A DNA stretch of 52,855 nucleotides. Source: Chara braunii. Lineage: Eukaryota > Plantae > Charophyceae. Under the pieces are notes generated by a model. The model was not told where the DNA came from, did no database searches, and was given only the letters and a program-made list of their open reading frames with translations. The stretch spans positions 2,518,846-2,571,700 of the forward strand of contig BFEA01000015.1 in NCBI GenBank assembly GCA_003427395.1, in the 5' to 3' direction. The position numbers and the translations under genes were made by a program. Shown piece by piece: positions 11,754 to 25,699 of this stretch (positions are counted from its first letter, which is position 1; each line of letters opens with the position of its first letter).

Positions 11754-11861
11754 CAGTACTCGATTTTCTTTTTCGTGTTTGAAGTGCTGCCAATCAAAAA
11801 GAGACTTCAGTACTCGATTTTCTTTTTCGTGTTTGAAGTGCTGCCAATCAAAAAGAGACTT
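11754..11861. repeat. Perfect 54-bp tandem duplication
   Basis: CAGTACTCGATTTTCTTTTTCGTGTTTGAAGTGCTGCCAATCAAAAAGAGACTT x2. Confidence 0.95.
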
Positions 11862-12285
11862 TGGAAAAAAAGAAAAGAAAAGAGACTTTGTAATTTTTTT
11901 ATCCACATCCAATTGTTCGCAAATAAAAAGGAAAAAGAACAAAAACAAAATCAAAACACAACTCCGAAATATACATGCATCTCGATTTTCCTGCCCTCCT
12001 ATTTTGATGCACCAACGACCGGGCCATGTCCCACACATGTCACACAGGTGTTTATCAGGGACAGTTTACCTTACTTGTGTGATAGTGGAACCGTGCCCCA
12101 GATTCTTTTTTTTTCCCCCCAGGAATAATATAGAATTGCTGTTCTGTGGTAGTAGGTAGATATGAAAGGTGAAATTGAGAGAAGAATATAGCTTAGTTAA
12201 AAATAATAAAAAAAATAAAATAAAAAAATGCTGTTCACTAGCAATACACACATCCCTTCTCTCCTAGCTTCCCCCCCCCCCCCCC

Positions 12286-12346
<61 letters not shown>

Positions 12347-12924
12347 GCTGACTAGCAGCTGGGAGGTCAAGAGCAAATTGAAACTTGAGAGAGAGAGTGA
12401 GTTACATTACTGCCACAGAGGAGTGAAAAGCAAAGGAGAAAACTGCCAACGGAGAGCAGAGGCAGTGTATATGACTATATCTACATCGAGGATGAACAAG
12501 GTTCTCTGCCTATGCAGCGGTTGAGTGCTGAACAATCTTGCTGCCCCAACATATGAGAAGAAAATGATTCGAAATGTGGAGGCTTGCATGGCAAAGAAAG
12601 ACGGCGGAAATATATAAGAGGCGCCGAGCTCAAGCAAAGGCCTCTTCGACACGAGGAGAGAATGATGCCGGTGGGCGTGCCATAATATGACACCACGACG
12701 GACCACAAATGGAATCAATGGTACAGCTGCTGTACAAAACGTCACCCACAAAGCAGGCCTTCTCTTCATTCCCTCCTCGCTCACTCAAATATCCGTCCGC
12801 ACGCCATCACCGACCCATCTTGCGCATGTACCCTCCCCCCGCCCCCCTCCCCCCCTTCTCCCTCTCTCTTTCTCTCTCTCTCAGTGTCTGTATATATTTG
12901 TGTGCGCATGCTTCTGTTTCAAAC

Positions 12925-14802
<1,878 letters not shown>

Positions 14803-16412
14803 TCAGCGTCTCCACTTCTTCCTCCCGCCGCTCGCATAAACAGGCATTCCTCTATCCCAGCATCTTCCACATCAGCACCGCACAAAAAGTTTCAATAATG
14901 GGCCTCTCTGCACTACTCTCCACATGCACAAAAGACAAAAGAGATTGCGATGTATCTTTCCGTGTTCTACCGGTGGATTCAGTCGCCTTTTGCACATTTT
15001 GAGATTAGTGCAGCGAGGCCCAATATGTGGCTTTTACAACGTGTAAGTGTTTGTTGGAGATGACAACAGAAAACAAATGCATCAATAACATGGACGTAAA
15101 TGTAATAGTATAAGTACAGTTATAGTCAAACGTCGGGTCAAAAACAACAAAAAAAAGAGAGAAAAAAGGGGAAAGAAAGGGACAACAACCACCTCAGCAA
15201 GTGAAAAAAGACCAAACACTCCCCAGCTCCCAGGCCCTGAAACAAAAAAAAAAAGGGCAGAAAACGGAAATTACAGCTTCATCCACCTCGACAGGTGTGC
15301 AAGTCGACTCGTTTTCCTTTCTTTCTGTTCTTTTCAAACTTAAGCCACAGCCACCTCAGCGAGTACATAGAGCAACTTGCCTTGCTGCCTGGGCATTCTT
15401 CTTTTCTTTTTCGCCAAAGAAAATGCCATTTTATTACTGGCCGGGCTCCTGGAGCAGGCAGCCGGGAGCACTATGCCACTTCACAAAATGCAGCTGTATA
15501 AGACCTCAATCAAGGCCAGACCCGGCTAAAGAAGAAGTAATTTACCAAGGAGATTTAGTATCCGCCCTCCGTCCATGTCAATCTTTTCCTTTTCTTTATT
15601 TCTATAGCAGATCACAGGGCAAAGGACCACCTCTACCAAAGCCTGCCATTGCCAGACACAATGGANNNNNNNNNNNNNNNNNNNNNNNNNNNNNNNNNNN
15701 NNNNNNNNNNNNNNNNNNNNNNNNNNNNNNNNNNNNNNNNNNNNNNNNNNNNNNNNNNNNNNNNNNNNNNNNNNNNNNNNNNNNNNNNNNNNNNNNNNNN
15801 NNNNNNNNNNNNNNNNNNNNNNNNNNNNNNNNNNNNNNNNNNNNNNNNNNNNNNNNNNNNNNNNNNNNNNNNNNNNNNNNNNNNNNNNNNNNNNNNNNNN
15901 NNNNNNNNNNNNNNNNNNNNNNNNNNNNNNNNNNNNNNNNNNNNNNNNNNNNNNNNNNNNNNNNNNNNNNNNNNNNNNNNNNNNNNNNNNNNNNNNNNNN
16001 NNNNNNNNNNNNNNNNNNNNNNNNNNNNNNNNNNNNNNNNNNNNNNNNNNNNNNNNNNNNNNNNNNNNNNNNNNNNNNNNNNNNNNNNNNNNNNNNNNNN
16101 NNNNNNNNNNAAGGGGATTGCGTTTACAGTGGAAGTCTCTGCCCTCCTTCTCCTGCAAATGAATGAGAAACTCTTAGAGAAGGAGAACCTCCACTCCAGC
16201 TTCATAGCGAATGCCTTAGTCGAGTCATGGAGAACCTCCTCTCAATCTACTCAGTCTGAGGCTTCGAGAAGGAGCTCGATGCTTCGCTCTCCAGCAGCAG
16301 TTCAAGGGCGATTGTCTGACGAAGAACAAGAATCCACGCACATCCAACAATCAGAGGAGAAGAATGCTGCAAATGAGTAGAGTGAAGGTTAGCGTCTTCG
16401 AAGGCGAGGGGG

Positions 16413-19400
16413 ATGGGAGACACGACTGGAAGGGAGAAGAAGAAGAGGATTAAATCCTGGCCACACGAGGAAGAGGTTGACTCCCTTGGCATCCAGGAAA
16501 GCAAATCAAATGAAGCCAAGATGGCGGAGGGGAATACGTTGTGGTGGGACGGACCACATGTGTGGTCTCCAGCCCAGGACACTCGTGGAGGGGGGGGGGG
16601 AGTCGCAATCTTGCTAAACAAGAAGCGGCAATCTCACCTCGTGTACTCCGAGGTAGATCTGTGTGGACGGTGGGCGTGGATCCAATTAATGTGGAATCGG
16701 GAAGAGCTAGTGGTCGTGGGCATTTATGCCCCATCGGAGCCAACGGCTCGAGCGACTTTCTTCAAGATGTCGGTAACAGCCTTCCCACCCACAGACCACG
16801 TGTTGATCACGGGAGACTCGAACCGTCTCGCTAGACGAAGCTATACTGGAAGGTTCACGCTCTGCAAGAAAATCGGACTCAGTTGCACTCTTGGAACTGA
16901 TGAGAGAACAGGTCCTTGCGGACACTTTTCGAATTCTGAACCAGCTGGATCCAGGACACACCTGGTTCTCCCACGTCCGCAAGGATAGTGGTGCTGTCAC
17001 GAGAAGAGGCATCTGGAATACTTCCTCTCTAGTGCCTCGCTCACTCAGAAAGTAACCGCAGTCGACATCGGACGAACCTGCTCTCTGATCACAAGCTGGT
17101 GATGCTCCAAGTCCTGCTGGGCTCAGCATCAGAGAGCGGCAGAGGATATTTCAAGCTCAATAACCAGAACCTGGAAGACCAGGGCTTGAAGGACCGGGTG
17201 GCAGATCACATGAGAGAGATTGGGAATCAGCTACAGCGTTCTTCCCCTCAGCTGCAGATTGGCTGGACGGAGGAGGTACGGCCCATTATCTCGGGCATGT
17301 TAAATCTCTGTTCCCGTATCCTGACCAAAGGTAGGAACAGAGAAGAGGAACAATGTAAAAGGGCAGTGGAAGAGGCGGAAAGAAGAATGGAACAACATCC
17401 AATCTCTGAGATGGTTAAGACAGCAGAACGGGAGCGAAGATTAGCCAAGCGGGAGAAGGAAAATTCAAATAGACAAGCACCAGCCGTGAGAGGAAGCTCT
17501 CAGGGTGAAGGGCATCCAGGTTGAAGACAGACTCACCGGAGACATTCCAGAGGCTCCTCCCCAGCAGGACATTCCAGCAAGTGGTACACCTTGACCACCC
17601 ATTCGACTGCGATGCCACCCCTGCTTCCACTCCTGAGGACATCCTCGAGTACGCTCGCTGCTACTACGCAGATATCCTAACCGCTGGGCGAGAACAGGAC
17701 TCTGTCCACTGGGCGAGAACGGGACTCTGCCCACTGGGTGAGAACAGGACTCAGTTCACTCTGACCTTTCTCAAGAAATGGACATGTGGGCACACACACA
17801 CGTCAAACTCACCACGGTCGGTGGAACGGCTGTCGTTGGACAGACCGATTACAACGGGGAAATGGGATCGGGGAAATGCCCGGGGAAATGGCATTGGGAA
17901 AATGCCCGGAGAAGCTCGGCAGACTCTGAAGGCCATGGCATCGGGGAAATGCCCGGGGGTGGACGGATTAACCGCTGAATTTTATCGAGAATGCTGGGAG
18001 GCAGTAGGCCCTCCACTAGTAGAAGTTTACAATGATCTATTGAGTGGGGGGTCAGTTAGGCAAGGGGGGATGACGCATGGGGTGATGATCTCCCTGATGT
18101 TCAAGAAGGGGGATAAAGCCGACGTCAGGAACAATCGCCCCATCTCAGTGCTCAACGTGGATGATAAAATCCTGGCAAAAACATTGGCGCTGAGACTGGG
18201 GGTGGGGGGAGCATCCTACCTCGATTAGTTGAGAGGGACCAGGGGGCCTTCATGCATACAGGACAGATCCATCTTCATTAACATCCTCACTGCGATCTAA
18301 GCCCGCCAAAGACGTCATTCAAGCGGAGAGCAGAGACACGGCAGTCCTCCTGCTGGATTTCGAGAAGGCAGACAACCGCATCGGGTGGGCTTTCGTACTT
18401 CTTAACACGTTGAGGAAGATGGGTTTTGCCGCTGGGTAATTTGCAATGTATTGTGCCTCGACCTCCACAGTCCTGGTCAATGGCCATCTTTCGCAGCCCT
18501 TTCAAATGTCCAGAGCTCTTCGTCAGGGCTGTCCGCTAGCCCCTCTCCTCTTCGTTCTTCAGCTGAAGATCCCCCTGAACTGCATGAGAAAGCATCCATC
18601 CATCCCCGAAACTCAAGTAACAGACAGCAAGGAGTGCAGGGTGAAGGCCTTCCCTGACGACCTCTTCGTTGTGTCTGAAAACTCACCTGAGTCTCTCGAT
18701 GCAGTGAAAGCGGTACTCATGGATTACTCACAGCTGTCTGAAGCACTGGTCAAATGGAACAAATCCTACTACCTTCTTCCCGGGGCAAGGTCCCACCTGC
18801 GCAAATTAGGAGATTTCGGCGGTTGATCTTTGCGATCTATGGTCAGTATCTCTTAATTCGTGCAAGTGGGACCTAGCCCCCGAACAGTTCGCCCTGTGCA
18901 TAGAATGGGGCATGCAGCGGGTAGAGACTCGAGAGCTGGAGAACATTTTCTGGGAGTTCTTGTTAGCCTGCAGGTCATGAGCGCTTCTCGGGGGGTTATC
19001 ATTCAACAAAGAATCTCAGCCCAGTTAAGGAGGCCATCTCTAGATGGAGTACCGGCAGTGTATTTCAGGAAACTGTGGGGGATCCTGCAGATACTCCCCA
19101 AACTTAAACCACACAAGTACAAAGCCACAGCCTTGCAGTCTCAGGGGGTTATCATTCTCGTTAGCCTGCAGGTCATGAGTGCTTCTCAGGGGGTTATCAT
19201 TCAACAAAGAATCTCAGCCAAGTTATTAAGGAGGCCATCTCTAGATGGAGTAGTGTCCTCCTAGAAGACTTGCAGCAGCCGGCAGTGGATTTCAGGAAAC
19301 TGTGGGGGATCCTGCAGATACTCCCGAAAACTTTAAACCACACAAGTACACGGCCCCACCCTTGCAGTCCAAAACTTGCCGCCACTAGAAAGCGAGCGAG

Positions 19401-20230
19401 GGCGAAACGTCAAACGCTGGGCCCACCGTCGATAAATTCGATCGGCGGCCACATTTTCGTTTCGCGACTCCAGAAGAATTTGAGGGCCATTGATAAATTC
19501 ACACAGCGGCCGCATTCTTTTTTCTTTTTTTTTTTAATTTGGACCATTTCTCAATTTATGCGTGTCATCCTTGAAAGCGCAGGGGCCATGCTAATCTTCA
19601 TTCTCTGTATCGTTCCAATTTTAACGGATGTCCCGAAGGACAGCGGCGTCGGATTTTCGTTTCGCGCCTCCAGAAGAAGGAATTTGAGGTGTCAGACCGG
19701 CGGCCCAGCTGCCCATGTACTGGTGGTTTAAGCATTCCTCCCTTACTCCCTTATTCTGTGGATGCTGTCGCTGTACCTGGTCAATTTGGTACAACCCCAT
19801 TGGCAGTGTGGTTGCTGGGCAGGGGTGTGGAGGATGCACATGCTGTACCTGGTCATTCGAGTCCACCAGACATCTGTGGTGGGACTGCCCAGCCTCCAAA
19901 AGAATCCGAACGTCGTGGGGGTACCATTGGCAAAGGATGGAGGGAAATGTGGTTTTGTGGGGTGAAAAGTGGGTTCTCTTGGGTTTCACCACGGATGGAT
20001 GGACATTTCGGGTAGGAGAGGCTCGGCATTTGTAGCCCATGTGGTTAGCGCGGTCATTGGCAGATAGAAACCGCGGTCTAGATTCGACGACGCCACATTC
20101 TCAGATATTGAGATGAAAGCAGCCATCAAAAGGGCCATCAGACAGGCCATTTTTATTGTCGTGGACTGGAGGAAAAGGGTCAAGAAAGGTAAAGGCCCTA
20201 GAAGAGAGATCTGGTGGTTTCTCAAAACTT
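16413..20230 (+). pseudogene. LINE ORF2 (endonuclease, RT, zf-RVT) remnant, frameshifted
   Basis: ORF fragments 16413-16988, 17099-17524, 17521-18228, 18446-18826 and 19715-20035 carry the successive ORF2 domains in the correct order. Confidence 0.9.
19536..19641 (-). pseudogene. U6: Full-length U6 snRNA retropseudogene with poly(A) tail (T-run 19515-19535 on +), inserted antisense in the LINE
   Basis: Reverse complement reads GTCCTTCGGGACATCCGTTAAAATTGGAACGATACAGAGAA[TGAA]GATTAGCATGGCCCCTGCGC[TTTC]AAGGATGACACGCATAAATTGAGAAATGGTCCAAATT plus an A-tail. This is plant-type U6 with two 4-nt insertions. Confidence 0.93.
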
Positions 20231-20525
20231 GGGCGGGCTCAAGGGAACCAACTCGCAGGCATCCACTGCACCAAGGGTCTAATTATAACTAGGTGGCTTT
20301 TTTTTTTTAAAGCAGGGCAGTTTAGTCTATGGCCTGTGGATTACCAGGGCACTCCGTCCCACAGCCCTAGCTAATTACCCTGAGTGCGCCCTTTTCAACC
20401 AGGGCACTCGGTTGTATAGGGCCGCAGTGGGCCACTAGTGGAGTGCCAGTTGGAAGTGAGTGTTAGAGTCTAGGGTTGGAATAGGTTGGAATAGGCTGGG
20501 CAACTTAGGTGGGGTCTTCTAGGCC

Positions 20526-20569
<44 letters not shown>

Positions 20570-20719
20570 CAAACAGGTCCTTATGGCCAGCAGTCCGGTT
20601 CCTCTGGGCCGTGTTAGTTTTTTTTTTTTTTTTTTTTTTTTTTTCAAACAGGTCCTTATGGCCAGCAGTACGGTTCCTCTGGGCCGTGTTAGTCCCAGTG
20701 CAGGTCCTAATTACAGATA

Positions 20720-20831
20720 TAGTCTAGGGCCTGTTGGCTTATTATCGACTTAGTCTAGGGCCTGTTGGATTATTATAGATTTAGTCTAGGGCCTGTTGGC
20801 TTATTATAGATTTAGTCTAGGGCCTGTTGGC
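20720..20831 (+). repeat. ~31-bp minisatellite (about 3.6 copies) in the LINE 3' UTR, preceded by a duplicated poly(T) plus ~48-bp unit (20527-20692)
   Basis: TAGTCTAGGGCCTGTTGG repeated four times; CAAACAGGTCCTTATGGCCAGCAGT..GGTTCCTCTGGGCCGTGTTAGT twice. Confidence 0.9.
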
Positions 20832-21548
20832 GTGACTTCAGTTAAATCTAGACAAGGTCTTACTCCCATCCTTCGGATCAACTACCTCAAATGAACCAAG
20901 TCAATTTCTGCTCAGTGTTACTTCACGTTTCTGCTCCATCTTGTAGTAGCTTAGGGAACTGGAAAGTCAGTATAGTGACTTTCTGCAGGCTCTAGCCTGT
21001 AAGCTAAGCTGGCTGATGCTTTCACTACCCCGGGTAGAATCGTGAGGTCCCCGCCCTCGTTTGGATATTGAAATGAACTGAGACTGTTTTAAATATTAAA
21101 AAAAAAAAAAAAAAACTTGGAACGCGCCTGATGGAGAGGGATTCCCAGTTCTCTGATCACTCGACTGACATCTCCTTACATACCCACATTACGTATTTGA
21201 CATCTCCTTATATACCCACATCCTTATATGAATCGGTTGAGCTGCCATTAGCCTTGTCACCCACTTACGTATATCCGTACATCCTCTCCGATATCCCATT
21301 GCGGCCGACACATGGAGCTATCGTCTTCACCCGGTCATTTGGAGCAGAAGTTCTGTTCGGTCATTAGGACCTGCACTGCTCCACCTTTTGGTATTTGGCG
21401 CAATTTCCAGAGCGAACACGAATCGTCTGTGGATTGATGATCGCTACAGCTATCCTTCTTTTTTTTATCCCTTCCTCTCCCCCCTCCCCCCTAACATACA
21501 GTCGACAACCAAAGAGAAACGTAACCCAAGACATTGCTGTTCGTCTCT

Positions 21549-21645
21549 TTTTTTTTTTTTTACTCTGTTCATCTGATTGCATCAGGATTCGAACTTGGGT
21601 CTGCTTGTCAACAGTTCAAGAGTGTACCAACTGCGCTGGGCTCGT
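21549..21645 (-). mobile_element. Short tRNA-derived SINE or retroposed tRNA-like copy with an A-tail
   Basis: Reverse complement GAGCCCAGCGCAGTTGGTACACTCTTGAACTGTTGACAAGCAGACCCAAGTTCGAATCCTGATGC shows A- and B-box-like motifs, followed ~17 nt later by a poly(A) run. A related fragment lies at 45306-45370 (-). Confidence 0.65.
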
Positions 21646-22153
21646 TGTATTAAACAGGCGCAAATTTAGCCACCCTTCCGCTGTCACCTACCTACCTACC
21701 TTGCTCGCTTCTACATACGTAAACCTTACATGCAAATTCGATAACGACGACGTCCCGACCGTACACACCCGATCTCATCGACATGAAGCCAGACGGATTG
21801 CATCCTACAGAGGTCATCCAGATTTATATAACTCAGAAGAACAAGGACAACCCTCAGCCGAGCACCATCAAGGACTAAGAAAACACAATCCGCGAATTGC
21901 CAGCTAGATTACAAACGAGATCAGCATTTAATTTCCTCCTTATCCATGAGATTCTTATAATAGCCAGAAAGGACTGTGGCTTCGTCGTTTTCCATAACGT
22001 ACAAAATGTGCAAAAAAAACAACGAGAAAGATGAATGCAGTATGGACGTACTCTTCAGAAGATGCAAACAACCACCGGTAAAGCCAGTGCGCCTACGTCC
22101 GCACATATGGAAATATCAATCAGATACTTGGGGTCTGCATATGTATCCATCTA

Positions 22154-22231
<78 letters not shown>

Positions 22232-22516
22232 CACACACACCCCAACACACCCGAACACACCCGAACACACAAACACGCGCCTGAGCGCAAACGTACGTCT
22301 CCAGTAACCAATTGCTGACGAACGCAGAAGACAGGAAAATGATACAACATACCCCACAGCCAAAAAAAAAAAAACTCGTTACTATTTTATTTTATTTTTT
22401 TCCTCGCTCAGAACAGCGACCGCTTGTACAGCAGGCCCCCATATCACAGCTATGGCAAAAAGAGTTCCAATACACAAAGAAAAAAAGAAACCTCGTTCCC
22501 TCCTCTCCCCACTTCC

Positions 22517-22599
<83 letters not shown>

Positions 22600-23754
22600 T
22601 TCCTCTTCCCAACCCGCTCGCCTTTTTTTTCCTTTTCTTCCATCTCCATTGCCTCCCTTCCGCTTGTCCGATTCCATCTTTCAAGTGGCCCCCTCCCGAT
22701 CTTTCCCCCACCAATCCACCTCCTCCCCCCTCTTCTCTCCTTGTCCTGTACCTACAGCCTCTCTCTTCCCGTCTTTCTCCACTCCTCTCTCTCCTCTGTT
22801 GGGATCCTCTTTGAGCGCCTGCTCCCCTAATACTCGATGTGGCCCCTGCGGATCGGGTATGCCCTTCAGAATCGGTTACGTCCTTTCCACTCTTCCTCTG
22901 TCTGTCGCTCTCTCTCTTATCATCGCTCTCAGCACACCTGCATATCCACGCTTACCCTCTCGTGATTCAGGCCCTTCCTGCGCTGTCCTTTTCCGTACCT
23001 GTTCCCCTCCCTTCGCGCTAAGCCCCTCTTCCCGCCTTGCAACGTCTTCTTCCCCAGCTTGCCCGGATCCCAGTCCACATTCCTTACCCTGTTGCCTTAC
23101 CGTTCTTTCCCCTGAACTTCATATATTTCTACATCCTCACCCTGAGCGGCCTCCTACTGCTCTCGATGCCGCATCCTGATCAGCCCGGTCCTAATCCGCG
23201 CCGCCCATTCCCGACCTCCATCCTCCTCCCCTGTTACATTAGGACCCCTCCTGGGCGTCCTCATCCTCCACAACCTCCTTCACGCTGGCACACTACCCGC
23301 GTGCTTCACCTTATCCCGCTGACTCTCCTCCTGCCTCCTCTGTCGTCGCCCCCCATCCTGACCGACCAAATCCCGCCCATCTCATCCTCCCCCTCCCCCT
23401 CCCCCTTCCTCCTACTCCTGCTACTCCAGCCTCTCAACATTTCGATGGCGACCTTGTCCTGCCTTCCTGACGAGGCACTTGACCTTCCCCTAGTGTTCCT
23501 TCTCCCCCTGCCCTCCCCCTGCCTCTCCGCATTCACGGCATGATCCCCACATACTCCTTAGCGGCGGTGCACAAATCCCGTCCCAATTGCATCATGGCAC
23601 CCCAACAAAAAATGAAATTGCAGCCCTAAACGAGCGGGAGGGAGGAGGGAAGAAGAGATGTAGGGGAAGGGGGAAGGGGGAAGGGGGAAGGGGGAAGGGG
23701 GCAGAGGGGGAAGGGGGGTAGGAAGGGAGAGAGAGAAAGAGCGAAAGAGCACGT

Positions 23755-23983
23755 CGCGCACGGGGCGAACCCACCTTTTTGGGTTTTGGGCCGAGTGTGA
23801 CCGGAACTCTCCACGTCGTCAACCTCTTCAAGCACAATACCGCTGAGAGCGGGAAGGAGAGAAGGAGAGAGAGAAAGGGAGGGAGCGTGCACTTCGCAAC
23901 GCCGCGCGGACTTACCTATTTCCTTTTTGGGTCGAGTGTGAATGGAAGTCTCGAAATCTTCAGGCACAACAACGCAGGCACAG

Positions 23984-24014
<31 letters not shown>

Positions 24015-24059
24015 NNNNNNNNNNNNNNNNNNNNNNNNNNNNNNNNNNNNNNNNNNNNN

Positions 24060-24142
<83 letters not shown>

Positions 24143-24372
24143 AGACTTCGCGCACGCGCCGAACCCACCTAGTTGGTTTTTGGGCCGAGAGTGAGCAGAA
24201 CTCACCACGTCGTCAACCTCTTCAAGCATAACGCCGCTGAGAGAGGGAAGGAGGGAAGAAGGGAAGAAGGAGAGAGACGAAGGAAGGGAGGGAGGGTGCA
24301 ATTCGCCACGCCGCACAGGCTCACCTATCCCTTTCGGGTCGAGTGTGAGTGGAACTCTCCAAATCTTCAGGC
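23755..24372. repeat. Two diverged ~215-bp direct repeats separated by a (GA)n tract
   Basis: CGAACCCACC..TTTTGGGCCGAGWGTGA..GAACTCWCCACGTCGTCAACCTCTTCAAGCA at ~23765 and ~24160. Confidence 0.85.
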
Positions 24373-24684
24373 CCGTTTGCCCGAGAGAGACTGCACTTCC
24401 GCACTTCCGCACTTCCGCAGGCCCGTTTGCACGCAGCTCGACTCTGCTCCGCCTGCGTATTCGTTTCCGGGTAGCGCCGAGCAGAAACGCCGACGGCGCT
24501 GGCCCGCGAAAACAAACGGACATCCAAAAACGCGATGTGCCTGGAGCCCCAGTTCGCATATCCATGCACTGTTGAAATGCAGACTTCGAACCCTTTCGGA
24601 ATTATCTGGGGCCCCTTAGGCCTCGCCACACCACTCACTGACAACACAAAAGACAAAAATTAGGGCTGTGTCTCCTCCCATCTT

Positions 24685-25097
24685 TTCTTTTTTTTCCTTT
24701 TTAAAAAAAAAAGGTCGATGGCCTTGAGGTATTATCATCGGACTAACCAGCCCAGGTAAATTCAATCTTGTGTCTAATCTGACACCGGGTGGCCTTTTCA
24801 GCCCAGGGTGGCCTTTTTGCCTTCAAGGAGCCCCCAATGGGGGACACCGGCCAGGGGACAGCCGGTAGCAGAGGGACCGAGCATCATCTGAGTCGCCATT
24901 CGCTTTGCCTCCCCCATTACCCCTCCCCCTATAACCATCAGCAGAGACTGCTTTTTAATGCCAATCGGGGGGACCAACGGGCTATCTCTAGGTGGCGGGG
25001 GCCAACTATGCCCAGGAAGGTACATGAGGCCAATGGGGATTGAACCCAAGACCTCCTGAATGCTACTTGCGTGCCTTACCAACTGAGCTAGGCCGCT
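24685..25097 (-). mobile_element. tRNA-derived SINE (~410 bp)
   Basis: Head GCGGCCTAGCTCAGTTGGTAAGGCA...AGGAGGTCTTGGGTTCAATCCCCATTGGCCTCA (25024-25097) has clear A and B boxes but disrupted anticodon and acceptor stems. A GC-rich body and a T-run/A-rich tail follow. Confidence 0.75.
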
Positions 25098-25699
25098 GGA
25101 TAAGCTCCATTCTATTGATGTTCCGAAGACCTTACAGTTGTTATTCTTATAATTCAGAAGATCAGTTATAAGATAACAAGATGATTGCATGAATTTGCCA
25201 AGTAACTGAAATGAGATCCTTTGATATGGGCCAGCACCACAGGAATATAGGGGTGGGTGGGAGCCCTTGAAAAACGAGTTCGCGAAGCGACGCGGGAATA
25301 GAAAAAGGATACCCACGAAGTGTTTTCACTCTTCTTGCGCAGGTTCACGAGCGGAGCTTCCATTGTTGTGCCGATTGGCGGAATGTGAATGTCGAGCGCC
25401 CCTACTATTCCAGGAGGCCTCATAAAAATAGCAAAGTTGGGGGACACTCAAATTTCGGTTTACCTTCGGTCCTCACCGATGAGTTTGCACTGCTACTTTC
25501 CCAAATGATGGACCCACAGTGAGTCCCTGCCCCTGGTAATTCACAGTATTGTGTCCTTAATGAACAGTCCAATGGTTCCCTCTTTTTTACTGGTCCGATG
25601 GGAGGGTTCTTGTAGTTTTTTATAATTACCCGAAAGTAAGTGGTGTTTTATTAAAACGGACAAGAATTCCCTTAAAGACTCTGGGTCAATAGTAGGCAT

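Larger units (their letters stand above)
15110..21115 (+). mobile_element. Decayed L1/Tx1-like non-LTR retrotransposon, near full length; ORF1 region partly in a gap and 5' boundary approximate
   Basis: APE endonuclease motifs (GIQES, GGVAILL, GIYAP, TGDSN, SDH at ~17085). RT motifs (KCPGVDGLTAEFY, RPISVLNVDDKILAKTLA, LLDFEKA, RQGCPLAPLLF, FPDD for YADD). C-terminal zinc-finger-like ESTRHLWWDCP. 3' UTR ends in poly(A) at ~21098-21115. Many frameshifts. Confidence 0.9.

Noticed and set aside
22035-24231. Many ORFs with SLSLSL / ERERER runs (also at 103-1093 and 12228-12524)
   Set aside because: They are translations of (CT)n/(GA)n microsatellites, not genes.
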